Shown: piece by piece, positions 52,844 to 62,278 of the stretch
How the letters are laid out: each line of letters starts with the position of its first letter
Numbering within the stretch: position 1 is the stretch's first letter
Source of the DNA: an uncultured delta proteobacterium
GTDB lineage: Bacteria; Myxococcota_A; Polyangia; Polyangiales; Polyangiaceae
Direction of reading: 5' to 3'
DNA length: 64,000 nucleotides
NCBI GenBank assembly: GCA_963841435.1
Contig: CAWJCS010000002.1
Span: forward strand, 960,001-1,024,000
The notes under the pieces: generated by a model
Told to the model about the DNA's origin: nothing
The model's database searches: none
Seen by the model: only the letters and a program-made list of their open reading frames with translations
Program-made: the position numbers and the translations under genes

Positions 52844-54889
52844 TCAGGGGGCGGTTGCCGCGGCCGGCGCGGGCAGGCCGGGCGCGGCCGCGCTCGGCCA
52901 TACCTCGACCGCGCCTTTCGGCAGGTCTACCGCGAGAACGGCGCCGTCGGGGTCGGCGGCGAAAGGCAGCCCGAGGCCGTCAGCCGTGATGACGAGCAAG
53001 ACCCGCGTGCCCTCGGCTTTCGTCTCTTCGGGGAGCATGAGCCACGCGGTATCGCGGTTCAGGGCGCTTGCCGCGCTCGGTTCACGGCGGCCCGCGAGGG
53101 CGCGGCGCGCCGTGTTGCGTGCGTCGCGGTCCGGGTCGAGCGCGGCCGCGAGGCCGAGCGTCGCCCGGCGAGCGCGCTCGCAGCGCCGGGCGAGCGCGCT
53201 CACGATGGCTCGCCGCACCCGCGGGTCAACCTCGAAACGATAGGCATCGGCGAGCAATCCCGCGGCGCTCGCAAGGTCGCTTTGCGCGAGCCCGAGGGCG
53301 ACGTGCGCGCGAAGCAGCGGGTCGCCGCTCGCGAGAAGCTCGCGCAGGCGCGGCCTGAGCCTGTCCGAATCCCGCGCCGCGAGGGCTGCGGCAGCAAGAT
53401 ACGCCGCCGCACCCCGGCTCTCGACGAGCGCCGTCAACACGCCTGTGGGAACGCGATCGGCCGCGGCGGGAAGCGCGAGGCACGGCGAGAGCGCCGCGGC
53501 GACGACGGGGTCCGCTTCCACGGCGAGGCGCTCGCAGCTCGCGGGCGCAAGCTCGGGCGAAAGGCTCGCGCGTGCGACGGCGATACGCGCGACGCGGTCG
53601 CCGTGGGCGAGGAGCTCAGCCCCCCGCTCCGGCGCCGTCACGGCCACGGCGAACGCAAAGGCCGCACGATCGGCGGCGGAGCGCGACGCGCGGAGCGACG
53701 CGAGGGCGCGGTCGAGGTGCGGCGTCGTACGGCCGCTCGCAGCGAGGCGCAGCGCTGCCGCGCGCACGGCATTTCGGCGTTGCGCCGGGATCTCGAGCGC
53801 CCGCGCGAGGGTGGCGCCCGCGTCGTCGTCGGCCGAGAGCGCGAGGGCGTAGGCCGCAGCCCAGCCGGACCGCTCGCCTCCCAGCGCCGTCTCGAGCCGG
53901 CGCAGCGCGGGCTCCCCGCCCGAGCGTCCGAGCGCGCCGAGGTAGCGTTCTTCGGCGCCCGGCGGAGGTGCGCCCGCGGCGAGCACGGCGCCGAGGTCGG
54001 AGCGGTGTGCGTCGAGCGCAATCTCGACGGCGCTCTCGGCCGTGGCCGGATCGGCAAAAAGGGTGCGCACGAGCGCCGGCGCCTCCGGTGCGCCCGCGAG
54101 CGCGACGACCCGCGCGCAAGCGACGCGCACGGCCGTGTCGCGGTCGCGCGCGAGCGCGCGAGCGACTCCGAGCGCGCGTTCCGGCTCGACGTTGGCGAGC
54201 GCGGCGAGCGCCTTTGGGCGCAGCGCCGGAGAGCCCCCCCGCGCGACGCTCTCGAGCAGCTCCGCGGCGCCGCGATCGCCGAGCTCACCGAAGAGCTCTA
54301 CGAGCGCTTCGCTCGGCGCGCCGCGCGCATCGAGCAGCGGCGCGATGCTCGACGGCGGGTGCGCGGCGAGCGACAGCCGCGCGGTTTGCGCGGTGCGGCC
54401 CGCCTGGCGCAGCGCCTGGGCGAGAAGCTCGAGGCCGCGCGCGTCGTGCGCGCGGGCGAGCGCGAGCCCCGCCGTGTCGCGCACCAGGGCGTCTTTCGGC
54501 TCATCGCGCGACTGCGCCCCGGCCATCGCGCGGATGAGGGCGCTCTTCGCCAGCTCTTCGCCGGCGCGTGGTGCAAGCGCGCGCACGGCGGCGAGCCGTT
54601 CGCGCGCGTTGCGTGCCTCGCCATCGGGGCCGAGCGCGTGGGCGAGCAAACCGACCGCCGCGCTGCGGTTCGTGGTGCCGAGCCGCTCGAAGGCGCGGAC
54701 CCTGAGCTCGCTCGCCTCGGCCCGCAAGAGCGGCCGCGCCGCGTCAACACCGACGCGCGCTCGGAGGGAGCGACCCCCCGTGCCGCCGTCGCCCCACGCC
54801 CGTAAGGCGACGAGCACGGGCGCGAGCATGACGAGCGATGTTGTCGCACGCCGCGCGAGGCGGTTCCGTCGCGCCGATTTCTCCGTCAC
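52844..54889 (-). CDS. Exported HEAT/PBS-lyase-repeat protein
   Basis: Signal/TM segment, repeated D..VR..A..AL helices; GTG overlaps the upstream stop (GTGA). Confidence 0.7.
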   Translation of the reverse strand: MTEKSARRNRLARRATTSLVMLAPVLVALRAWGDGGTGGRSLRARVGVDAARPLLRAEASELRVRAFERLGTTNRSAAVGLLAHALGPDGEARNARERLAAVRALAPRAGEELAKSALIRAMAGAQSRDEPKDALVRDTAGLALARAHDARGLELLAQALRQAGRTAQTARLSLAAHPPSSIAPLLDARGAPSEALVELFGELGDRGAAELLESVARGGSPALRPKALAALANVEPERALGVARALARDRDTAVRVACARVVALAGAPEAPALVRTLFADPATAESAVEIALDAHRSDLGAVLAAGAPPPGAEERYLGALGRSGGEPALRRLETALGGERSGWAAAYALALSADDDAGATLARALEIPAQRRNAVRAAALRLAASGRTTPHLDRALASLRASRSAADRAAFAFAVAVTAPERGAELLAHGDRVARIAVARASLSPELAPASCERLAVEADPVVAAALSPCLALPAAADRVPTGVLTALVESRGAAAYLAAAALAARDSDRLRPRLRELLASGDPLLRAHVALGLAQSDLASAAGLLADAYRFEVDPRVRRAIVSALARRCERARRATLGLAAALDPDRDARNTARRALAGRREPSAASALNRDTAWLMLPEETKAEGTRVLLVITADGLGLPFAADPDGAVLAVDLPKGAVEVWPSAAAPGLPAPAAATAP

Positions 54890-57027
54890 GGCGCCTTTTT
54901 CCCCGCGCGCTTCGGTTTGCCCGTCGTGGCGTTCGTCGGCGTGGCGCTCGTCGGCGTGGCGCTCGTCGGCGTGGCGTTCGTCGGCGTGGCGTTCGTCGGC
55001 GTGGCGCTCGTCGGCGTGGCGCTCGTCGGCGTGGCGCTCGTCGGCGTGGCGCTCGTCGGCGTGGCGCTCGTCGGCGTGGCGTTCGGCACGGCTCGCGCTT
55101 CGGGCGGGACGAGGACGAGAAAGCCGATGCCGCCCGCGTCGTGGGCGAGGTGCGCGCGCACGATCGCCGACCAGCCAATCGTCTCGGCGGCGTCGTCGCG
55201 ATGCGTGAGGCTTCGCAGCGCATCCACGATCGCGAACGAGCGCGTCAGCGCTTCCTGCTGCCGAGCCGCGCTGGTCCCCAGCGGGCGCACGCCGACCATC
55301 AGCACCATGCCGGGGTTTTGATTCGAAAGCTCGGCGAGCGCACGCAGCAGCGCCTGGGAGCCAGCCGCCACGCTCACGCCGCCCTGATCGGGCTCGAAAC
55401 CGAGGCGACCGTGGAGCGTGAGCTCGAAATGGCTCGCCTCGCCGCTGCCCACCCGCTCGAGCCTCACGAGCGGGGTCCCCGCCGGCGCGCCCATCCCCGC
55501 GTCCGGGTCGGGGCACCCGTCGTCGTCGTCGACGCCGTCGTAGTCCTCGGCGTCCTCGGGGCAGCGGTCTTGGTCGCCCTCGAGCGCGTCGCCGTCGAGG
55601 TCGGGGCTCGGGCAGCCGTCGAGCGCCGGGTCGGAGCGCCGGGGGCCGGCCGCGCGAGGGCAGGGGTCCACCGTGTCGCGCAGGCCGTCGTGGTCGTCGT
55701 CGAGATCGGGGCAACCGTCGTCATCCTGAAAGCCGTCGCGATCCTCCGCGCGGGTGGGACAGCGGTCGCGCGGGTCGGGGATCCCGTCCATGTCGCGGTC
55801 GCGGGCCGGGCACCCGTTGCGTTTCGGATCGGGATCGCTCGGGCCGGGCTCGCGCGGGCATGCGTCGCGCACGTCGGGTGTGCCGTCGCCGTCGTCGTCG
55901 GGATCGGCGCAACCGTCGTCGTCTTCGAAGCCATCGAGGTCCTCGACGCTGTCGGGGCAGCGGTCCGTCGCGTCCGGGATGCCGTCAGCGTCGTTGTCGA
56001 TTTCGGGGCACCCGTCCTGGTCCTCGAAGCCATCGCGATCCTCGGGCCGGTCGATGCAGGCATCGTGGTCGTCGTCCAATCCGTCGCCGTCGGTGTCGCG
56101 CGTCCGCGGCGCGTAGCCGAACAGAACGAACGTGCGCAGGCTAGGAAGCCCCTGAGCGCCGTCGAGCGGCAGCTCCGCGCCCAGGACGCCGTACGCGTTG
56201 CCGAACGTGCGCCGGGCGGCGAGTGCGAGCGCGGCGGGCGACCCTGAAAGCGCGGCGAACTTCGGCGTGAGAGCGACGGCGCCGTGCGCTTCGAGCGCGA
56301 CGAGGTAGCGCCCCGACCGATCCAGCCCGAACGTTTGCGGCTTGAGCAAGAGACCGAGCCCCCACGGCAGGTCGTGTCCGAACGTGTCGCGCGACAGCGT
56401 GTGCTCCTCGCCGCGCAGGCGCGCGCCCGCCGTGCCGCGCACGATCGAGCCGAGCACGCCGAGCTCGCCGAGCAGCCGCACCTCGCTCCGGAGCGCGTTT
56501 TCGGCTGCGTAGGAGCGCGGGTTGCCCGTCGGCAGCGTCAGGCGACCGAGCACCGCGAGCCCGAAGCTCGTGCCGGGCTCGCGTGCGACCAGCGTTGCGC
56601 GGGCATCGACGGCGACGTCGCCGAGCGCGGCCGGGGGCGCGTCGTCGAGCGCGAGCGCTTCTGGGGGTGAGTCACCGTGCTGGTAGACCACGGTCGGCAC
56701 GTCGAGGCCGAGGGCGAGGCGATCACCGAGGCCGATCGAGCCCGTGAGGTCGAGCGAGAGCTGGTGGCGGACGGGGACCGTCTCGCGGCCGGTCAACGGG
56801 TCGGCGATCACCACGGGGCGATACCCGTAGGAGACCTCCAAGCCGAGGTTCCATTCGCCGTCGCTCGGCGACGTTGTGGGCTCCAGGTACACGAGCGCCT
56901 CGGGGTGTGTCGGCGGCTGGAATCCCCGCAGATCGAGCGCGGGCACCGGCTCGGCCCCCAGGTCCGGGCAGAGCGCCGTCAGCACGGCGAACGCGCCCAG
57001 CGAAACGCCACGGGTCAGCCTGCGCAC
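54886..57027 (-). CDS. Outer-membrane protein: beta-barrel + TSP3 repeats + degenerate OmpA-like C-terminus (TraB-like architecture)
   Basis: N-terminal barrel-like segments ([18 protein letters not shown]), many DxDGFxDxDGCP repeats, C-terminal ATPT(S/N) repeat. Start GTG 57027 or ATG 57078. Confidence 0.8.
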   Translation of the reverse strand: MRRLTRGVSLGAFAVLTALCPDLGAEPVPALDLRGFQPPTHPEALVYLEPTTSPSDGEWNLGLEVSYGYRPVVIADPLTGRETVPVRHQLSLDLTGSIGLGDRLALGLDVPTVVYQHGDSPPEALALDDAPPAALGDVAVDARATLVAREPGTSFGLAVLGRLTLPTGNPRSYAAENALRSEVRLLGELGVLGSIVRGTAGARLRGEEHTLSRDTFGHDLPWGLGLLLKPQTFGLDRSGRYLVALEAHGAVALTPKFAALSGSPAALALAARRTFGNAYGVLGAELPLDGAQGLPSLRTFVLFGYAPRTRDTDGDGLDDDHDACIDRPEDRDGFEDQDGCPEIDNDADGIPDATDRCPDSVEDLDGFEDDDGCADPDDDGDGTPDVRDACPREPGPSDPDPKRNGCPARDRDMDGIPDPRDRCPTRAEDRDGFQDDDGCPDLDDDHDGLRDTVDPCPRAAGPRRSDPALDGCPSPDLDGDALEGDQDRCPEDAEDYDGVDDDDGCPDPDAGMGAPAGTPLVRLERVGSGEASHFELTLHGRLGFEPDQGGVSVAAGSQALLRALAELSNQNPGMVLMVGVRPLGTSAARQQEALTRSFAIVDALRSLTHRDDAAETIGWSAIVRAHLAHDAGGIGFLVLVPPEARAVPNATPTSATPTSATPTSATPTSATPTSATPTNATPTNATPTSATPTSATPTNATTGKPKRAGKKAP
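54925..55085. repeat. Coding 15-bp tandem repeat, 10 units ([10 protein letters not shown])
   Basis: G(T/C)TCGTCGGCGTGGC x10 at 54931-55080. Confidence 0.95.
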
Positions 57028-57087
57028 TCTTCGGAGCCTAACACCCTCTTGCCGGCTCGCCCGGGTCGTGCGCTTCATTCGGGGTCC

Positions 57088-58362
57088 ATGGATGCCATTC
57101 GCGTGCGCGGCGCCCGCCGACTCGAGGGGACGATCCGCGTCGGCGGCGCCAAGAACGCCGCGCTGCCGATCCTGTGCGCCACGTTGCTCTCCGACGGCGA
57201 GAGCCTGCTGCGCAACGTGCCGGGTCTGCGCGACATCGACACGACCGCGGCACTGCTCGCGGTGCTCGGCCGCGATGTCACGACTGCCATTCCCGAGGTG
57301 CGCGTGCACGCGGCATCGCGGCCCGTCGTGCCCGAGGCCCCGTACGAGCTCGTCCGTCAGATGCGCGCGAGCGTGCTCGTGCTAGGCCCGCTCGTCGCGC
57401 GCTACGGACGCGCCAAAGTGTCGCTGCCCGGCGGTTGCGCCATCGGCGCGCGGCCCGTGGATCAGCATCTGCTCGGGCTCGAAGCGCTCGGCGCGCGCAT
57501 CGAGGTGGCGCACGGTTTCGTCGTCGCGCAGGCGCCGTCGCGGCTCAAGGGCGCCGAGATCGTGTTCGACATTCCCACCGTGACGGGCACGGAAAACCTG
57601 ATGATGGCGGCCGCGCTCGCCAAGGGCCGGTCCACGCTCGTGAACTGCGCCCGTGAGCCGGAGGTGGAGGAGCTCGGCCGCGTACTCAACAAGATGGGCG
57701 CCAAGGTGGAGGGTGCGGGCACCTCGATCATCCACATCCAGGGCGCCGACGAGCTCGAGCCGTTCGACCACGCCATCATCGCCGATCGCATCGAGGCCGG
57801 CACGTTCATGGCCGCGGTCGGCGCCGCCGGGGGCAACGTGCTGCTCGAGCACGCGCCGCTCGACGATCTCGAGCCCGTGATCGTCAAGCTGCGCCGCGTC
57901 GGCCTCACCATCGAGCGCGAGGGCGACCACGCGCGCGTCGCTCGCCTCGGCCCGCTCCACGCGAGCGACGTCACGACGGCGCCGCACCCCGGTTTCCCGA
58001 CGGACATGCAGGCACAATTCATGGCGCTCATGTGCGTTGCGTCGGGGCGCAGCGTGATCACGGAGACCGTGTTCGAGAATCGCTTCATGCACGTCCCGGA
58101 GCTCGGTCGGATGGGCGCTCACATCGAGACCCGCAACAACACCGCCATCATCGAAGGCGTGCCGCGCCTTTCGGGCGCGTCGGTCATGGCCACGGACCTC
58201 AGGGCGAGCGCCTCGCTCGTCGTCGCCGGGCTCGTCGCCGAGGGCGAAACCATCGTGCGCCGCGTGTATCACCTCGATCGCGGCTACGAAGCCATCGAGA
58301 AAAAGCTCGCCGGCGTCGGCGCCGACGTGACGCGCGTGCAGCTCGAGGGCGAGCCTCCCTGA
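57088..58362 (+). CDS. murA: UDP-N-acetylglucosamine 1-carboxyvinyltransferase
   Basis: [44 protein letters not shown] and HLDRGY motifs. Confidence 0.97.
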   Translation: MDAIRVRGARRLEGTIRVGGAKNAALPILCATLLSDGESLLRNVPGLRDIDTTAALLAVLGRDVTTAIPEVRVHAASRPVVPEAPYELVRQMRASVLVLGPLVARYGRAKVSLPGGCAIGARPVDQHLLGLEALGARIEVAHGFVVAQAPSRLKGAEIVFDIPTVTGTENLMMAAALAKGRSTLVNCAREPEVEELGRVLNKMGAKVEGAGTSIIHIQGADELEPFDHAIIADRIEAGTFMAAVGAAGGNVLLEHAPLDDLEPVIVKLRRVGLTIEREGDHARVARLGPLHASDVTTAPHPGFPTDMQAQFMALMCVASGRSVITETVFENRFMHVPELGRMGAHIETRNNTAIIEGVPRLSGASVMATDLRASASLVVAGLVAEGETIVRRVYHLDRGYEAIEKKLAGVGADVTRVQLEGEPP

Positions 58363-58375
58363 GGATCGACTCGCG

Positions 58376-59215
58376 CTATCTCGGGCCGGCGTCGATGCAG
58401 CGGCCGCCGTTGCTGCCCATCGGGTTGCACGCGCCCATGCCGGGGTTGACGCAGAGGATCGCGGGGCAGACGAACGAGCACATCGCCGCTTGCCCCTCCT
58501 TTTCGAGGCGAGCGAGCGTCGCGAGGGCTTCTTCGTTCAGGACGTTCGCGAACGTCGGGCAGCCGCAGAAGAGCGAGCTCGAGACCAGCTCGGTACACTG
58601 GGCCGCGTCGAGCTTGGGATCGCAGAGGCTCGCCGCGTCGAGCGCCTTCGCATAGTCCTGGCTCAAGGTGGAGCAGTCCGCACCGCTCGAACCCCCGCGC
58701 CCGCCGTTCGACGTGCCTGCGGTGCCGCCCTGAGCGCCGCCCGCGCCGCCGCCGCCCGTGGCGCCCGCGCTGCCGCCCATGCCCCCGGCGCTGCCACCCG
58801 AACCGCCCGCGCTGCCACCCGTGCCCCCGGCGCTGCCACCCGAACCGCCCGCGCCGCCGCCGCCGGTCGCGCCGTCGCCGCCGGTCGCGCCATCGCCGCC
58901 GGTCGCGCCATCGCCGCCGGTTGCACCATCGCCACCCGTTGCACCGTCGCCGCCGGTTGTGCCGCCCGCGGCCGAGTTGCCACCCGTGCCGCTGCCAGCC
59001 GAACCGCCCGCTGCCGATCCGCCGCCCGTGCTCGAGCCGCCGGTCGCTGCGCCAGAGCTGCCGCCTTTCGACCCGCCGGATCCGCCGGACGAGCCGCCCA
59101 TCGCGCCCGAGCCGCCCGTGCCGGGCGCTTCGAACAGGTCGGCGCCGCCGCCGCTCCCGCACCCGACGACGATCAGCGCGACGGTGAAGGCAAGCGAGTG
59201 GCTTTGTCCCGCCAT
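58376..59215 (-). CDS. Gly-rich lipoprotein with small Cys-rich C-terminal domain
   Basis: IVVGC lipobox; GGDGAT x5 and GGSAG repeats; Cys-rich C-terminal domain. Confidence 0.7.
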   Translation of the reverse strand: MAGQSHSLAFTVALIVVGCGSGGGADLFEAPGTGGSGAMGGSSGGSGGSKGGSSGAATGGSSTGGGSAAGGSAGSGTGGNSAAGGTTGGDGATGGDGATGGDGATGGDGATGGDGATGGGGAGGSGGSAGGTGGSAGGSGGSAGGMGGSAGATGGGGAGGAQGGTAGTSNGGRGGSSGADCSTLSQDYAKALDAASLCDPKLDAAQCTELVSSSLFCGCPTFANVLNEEALATLARLEKEGQAAMCSFVCPAILCVNPGMGACNPMGSNGGRCIDAGPR

Positions 59216-59282
59216 GACCCCTAATTCTACCCCGGGGCTCGCCAAGCGGCTAGGCTCCGCGCCCCAAGCCCCGGAATCATTG

Positions 59283-59912
59283 GTGGTAACTCGACCCCTC
59301 ACCATCGCCATCCCCAAGGGTCGCGTCACGCGCGCCCTCTCGCCGCTCTTCGTTCGCGCCGGAATCGATCCCGCGCCGCTGCTGCTCGACGACCGGCGCC
59401 TCGTGCGACAGAGCGAGGACGGGAGCCTCCGCTTTCTCCTGCTAAAGCCCGACGACGTCCCGACGTACGTCGAGTACGGCGCCGCGGAGCTCGGCATCAG
59501 CGGTCGCGACGTGCTCGGCGAACGCGGCTACGATCTCTTCCAACCCGTTGACCTCGGCATCGGGCGCTGCCGCATGGTCGTTGCCGGTCAGCCCGATCAC
59601 GTCGTGCCGGCGTTGCCACGCGTCGCCACGAAGTACCCGCGCACCGCGGCGGCGCACTTCGCCGCGCGTGGCGTGCAGGCCGAGGTCATCTACGTGCAGG
59701 GCTCCGTCGAGCTCGCGCCGCTCGTGGGGCTCGCCGACCTGATCGTCGATCTGGTGGAATCCGGCGCCACGCTACGCGACAACGGGCTCGTCGAGCACGA
59801 GACGATCTCGGAGATCTCGAGCGTGCTCGTGGTAAATCCGTCGCTTTACAAGCTCTATCACGAGACAATCGCGCCGCTCGTCACGCGCCTTCGCGACGCC
59901 GCGCGCGGCTGA
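59283..59912 (+). CDS. hisG: ATP phosphoribosyltransferase, short form
   Basis: IAIPKGR, DVPTYVEYG, VATKYP, GSVELAP and DLVESGATL motifs; about 210 aa, no C-terminal regulatory domain. Confidence 0.95.
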   Translation: MVTRPLTIAIPKGRVTRALSPLFVRAGIDPAPLLLDDRRLVRQSEDGSLRFLLLKPDDVPTYVEYGAAELGISGRDVLGERGYDLFQPVDLGIGRCRMVVAGQPDHVVPALPRVATKYPRTAAAHFAARGVQAEVIYVQGSVELAPLVGLADLIVDLVESGATLRDNGLVEHETISEISSVLVVNPSLYKLYHETIAPLVTRLRDAARG

Positions 59913-59981
59913 CCCTCGGAGGATCGCGCGCGGCGTCTTCGCCCCGCACGCCGGGGCACGGGCACGCGCGTGCGGGACGGC

Positions 59982-60617
59982 TCAGGGCGCGTCGAGCACG
60001 GCGCGCGCCTGGATCTTGCGGAGCCCCTTCGGCCCGATGCCTTTGAGTCGCAAGAGGTCGCTCGTGCGCTTGAAGCGCCCGCCGAGCCGCGTGCGGAGCT
60101 CGACGATGGCGAGCGCGCGCTTCTTGCCGATGCCGGGCAGGGTTCGAAGCTCGTCGGCGTTGGCCCGATTGAGGATGACCTTGCCGTCGGCCGTGATGCC
60201 CGACGGCGCGTCGGGGGCGCCCGCGTCCGGGGTGGCTTGTTCCGGCGTGCCGCCCGTCTGCGCGCCTTTTGCACGCGAGGGCGGCTCGTTTCCTGCGCCC
60301 AGCGCGGCGCCCGCTGCGAGCCCAGCCGTCGAAATCGGTGCCGCGGGCGCGGAGGCCTTCGGCGCGGCGACCCCCGAGCCCCGCGCGATCGAAGAGGCGC
60401 CGATCGCCGCGAGCGCGAGCATCCCGGCGCCGATGCCGAGCGCCTTGAGCAGCACGGGCGCCCACACGCCGTCGCCAACGGCGCCGCGCCGCTTCGGCGC
60501 GCCGGGCGCGACGGGAGTCGTGGTTCGACCCCCGCCGCGCGACGCGCGCGAGAACGCTCGTTTCGATCCGTCTAGAGGGCGCTCGAGAGCGCCGTAGGTT
60601 CGTTCGATCGAGGACAT
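59982..60617 (-). CDS. comEA: ComEA-family helix-hairpin-helix DNA-binding protein
   Basis: TM anchor, Pro/Ala linker, KVILNRANADELRTLPGIGKKRA..I...R and LKGIGPK tandem HhH. Confidence 0.85.
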   Translation of the reverse strand: MSSIERTYGALERPLDGSKRAFSRASRGGGRTTTPVAPGAPKRRGAVGDGVWAPVLLKALGIGAGMLALAAIGASSIARGSGVAAPKASAPAAPISTAGLAAGAALGAGNEPPSRAKGAQTGGTPEQATPDAGAPDAPSGITADGKVILNRANADELRTLPGIGKKRALAIVELRTRLGGRFKRTSDLLRLKGIGPKGLRKIQARAVLDAP

Positions 60618-60635
60618 CCTCGCTCCCGCTTCCGC

Positions 60636-60884
60636 TCACGCGGTCTCCGCGAAATCTTCTTCCACTTGCGGGTTGCCGTTCTTCTTGCCGAGCAGCGTCG
60701 GGCCCTGGCCCTCCTCGCGCGGCACGTAGTCGCGCACGTGAATCTCGCCGCTCACGGGCACCGCCTCGAGCTTGACGTTGATCGAGCCGTCGCGGTTGAC
60801 GAACGCGACGCCGATTCGCGTCCAGTACTTGTGGGTGCCACGCTGCGTGACCACGTAGGCAATCTTCATCTTCGCTTGATCCAT
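60636..60884 (-). CDS. Small hypothetical protein (82 aa), aromatic/basic beta-rich core with acidic tail
   Basis: AAGGAG RBS; KYWTRIGVAFVNRDGSINVKLEAVP; 18 nt upstream of comEA. Confidence 0.8.
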   Translation of the reverse strand: MDQAKMKIAYVVTQRGTHKYWTRIGVAFVNRDGSINVKLEAVPVSGEIHVRDYVPREEGQGPTLLGKKNGNPQVEEDFAETA

Positions 60885-60936
60885 GTCGGTTCTCCTTGTC
60901 GTTTGCCCGCGAGCTGCGGGCGCGAAGAGCCGGCAA

Positions 60937-60952
60937 TGCGAGACGCGTGCCA
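60937..60952 (-). promoter_or_regulatory. Putative sigma-54 (-24/-12) promoter of the 82-aa gene-comEA pair
   Basis: TGGCACGCGTCTCGCA with exact GG-N10-GC spacing, 52 nt upstream of the ATG. Confidence 0.65.
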
Positions 60953-61118
60953 GGGCCTGCTCGGGCGTCGCAGCGGGGAGAAAGCGGTCGCGCCGAGCGG
61001 GAATGGTGCCGCGCCGCGCCTGGCGGGCGCCACGGCGGCCGCCGCTTTCAACCGTTCTGGAAGTGCGCCGCGCGGGGGGTCAAACTGTGACGTCGCCCGT
61101 ACCATCTGTGGAGCCCCG

Positions 61119-61889
61119 GTGCGCCGCCTGACTGCCTTCTCGTCCACGAGCCTCCGATGGCTCGCCAGCTTGTCGCTCGCGGCGTGCGCTAGCGGGCCGC
61201 CCCCCGCGCCGTCGGCGCCGCCACCTCCCGAGACGCCGCCGTCTCCCGAGAGCGTCACGCAGAAGGAGCCGGGCGGAGACGCGAAGAACCCGCACCGCGC
61301 CGCGCTCGAGCGGTTGCTCGCTTCGCCCTGGGGCGCGAGAAGCGACAAGGGCGAGCAGATCCTCGCGCCGTTGCCGGACTGGGAGAACTGGAAGCGCGTG
61401 CGCTTCTGGGGCTTCGAGCACGTGGCCGGCTTCCGCTACGGTCAGGACTATCACGCGGTCGGCGTGGCGCGCGTGCAGGAGCTGCCCGCGGGAGTGCCGG
61501 CGCGCAGCAGCACCTGCCTGAACGCGGCCGAAGCGTGGGTGCGCCCGCAGCTCCAGGGCTTCGACGTGAAGCTCGGCGCGATTGAGCCGAAGCTCATGCG
61601 CTGGCACGACCAGGTGCTCGAGGTGCACACGATGGACGGCTGGGTCGGCTGGGGCGTCGGCAGCGCGGACTTCTCGGCTGCCTGGACCGCGTACCCTGCG
61701 TACCCCGGCGCGTGCCTCGTCTATGGCATCGCGGTTCCCTGGCGCGGTCAGAAGGACGTCGCGATGCACGTCCGGGATCGCTTCGTGAGCGAGGGCTTCT
61801 TGCTGCTCCAAGCGCTCACCGAGGACAAGCCCAAGCCTTGGCAACCGCCCGGCGAGGCGCCCTCGGCGGCAGCGCCACCACCTCGCTGA
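61119..61889 (+). CDS. Hypothetical lipoprotein
   Basis: LSLAAC lipobox, Pro linker, Trp-rich globular domain. Confidence 0.7.
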   Translation: MRRLTAFSSTSLRWLASLSLAACASGPPPAPSAPPPPETPPSPESVTQKEPGGDAKNPHRAALERLLASPWGARSDKGEQILAPLPDWENWKRVRFWGFEHVAGFRYGQDYHAVGVARVQELPAGVPARSSTCLNAAEAWVRPQLQGFDVKLGAIEPKLMRWHDQVLEVHTMDGWVGWGVGSADFSAAWTAYPAYPGACLVYGIAVPWRGQKDVAMHVRDRFVSEGFLLLQALTEDKPKPWQPPGEAPSAAAPPPR

Positions 61890-61920
61890 ACGAGCGAGGT
61901 GCCGCGCGTCGTTGCGCGGC

Positions 61921-62166
61921 TCAGCTCCGGGCCGACACGGCGAGCGCCAGGATGTAGACGAAAAGCGCGCCGAGCCAAGCAGCCGACAGGACGCGCCGCT
62001 TGCCCACGAACCCCCAGTACGGTGCGAGCGGCGGGACGAAGAGGGCGATGAGCGCGCGGTAGCGCGGGCGCTTGGCGCCGATCGCCAAGCAGAGCAGGAA
62101 GTGGGTCGTGACGAGCAGCCCGAAGGCCAAGCTCGACAGCGCGACGAGCGCGACATCCTTCGCCAC
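61921..62166 (-). CDS. Small membrane protein (about 3 TM)
   Basis: Hydrophobic; VPPLAPYWG motif; GTG start assumed. Confidence 0.6.
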   Translation of the reverse strand: MAKDVALVALSSLAFGLLVTTHFLLCLAIGAKRPRYRALIALFVPPLAPYWGFVGKRRVLSAAWLGALFVYILALAVSARS

Positions 62167-62278
62167 GGAGGTTTCGAATAGCAGAAAGCCCGGGGCGACG
62201 CGGTTTCGTCGAACAAGGGCCGGACGGCCGGGCCCCGGTGGACGGCCTACCGGGATCGCGTAGACTCCTTGCCTTGCC

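Noticed and set aside
52844-55714. 956-aa ORF with (ADERH)n repeats
   Set aside because: The ADERH repeats are the alternate-frame reading of the ATPTS repeat in the upstream gene; the HEAT protein starts at 54889.
58758-59282. Pro-rich N-terminal extension of HisG
   Set aside because: It is the antisense reading of the Gly-rich lipoprotein gene; HisG homology starts at about 59283.
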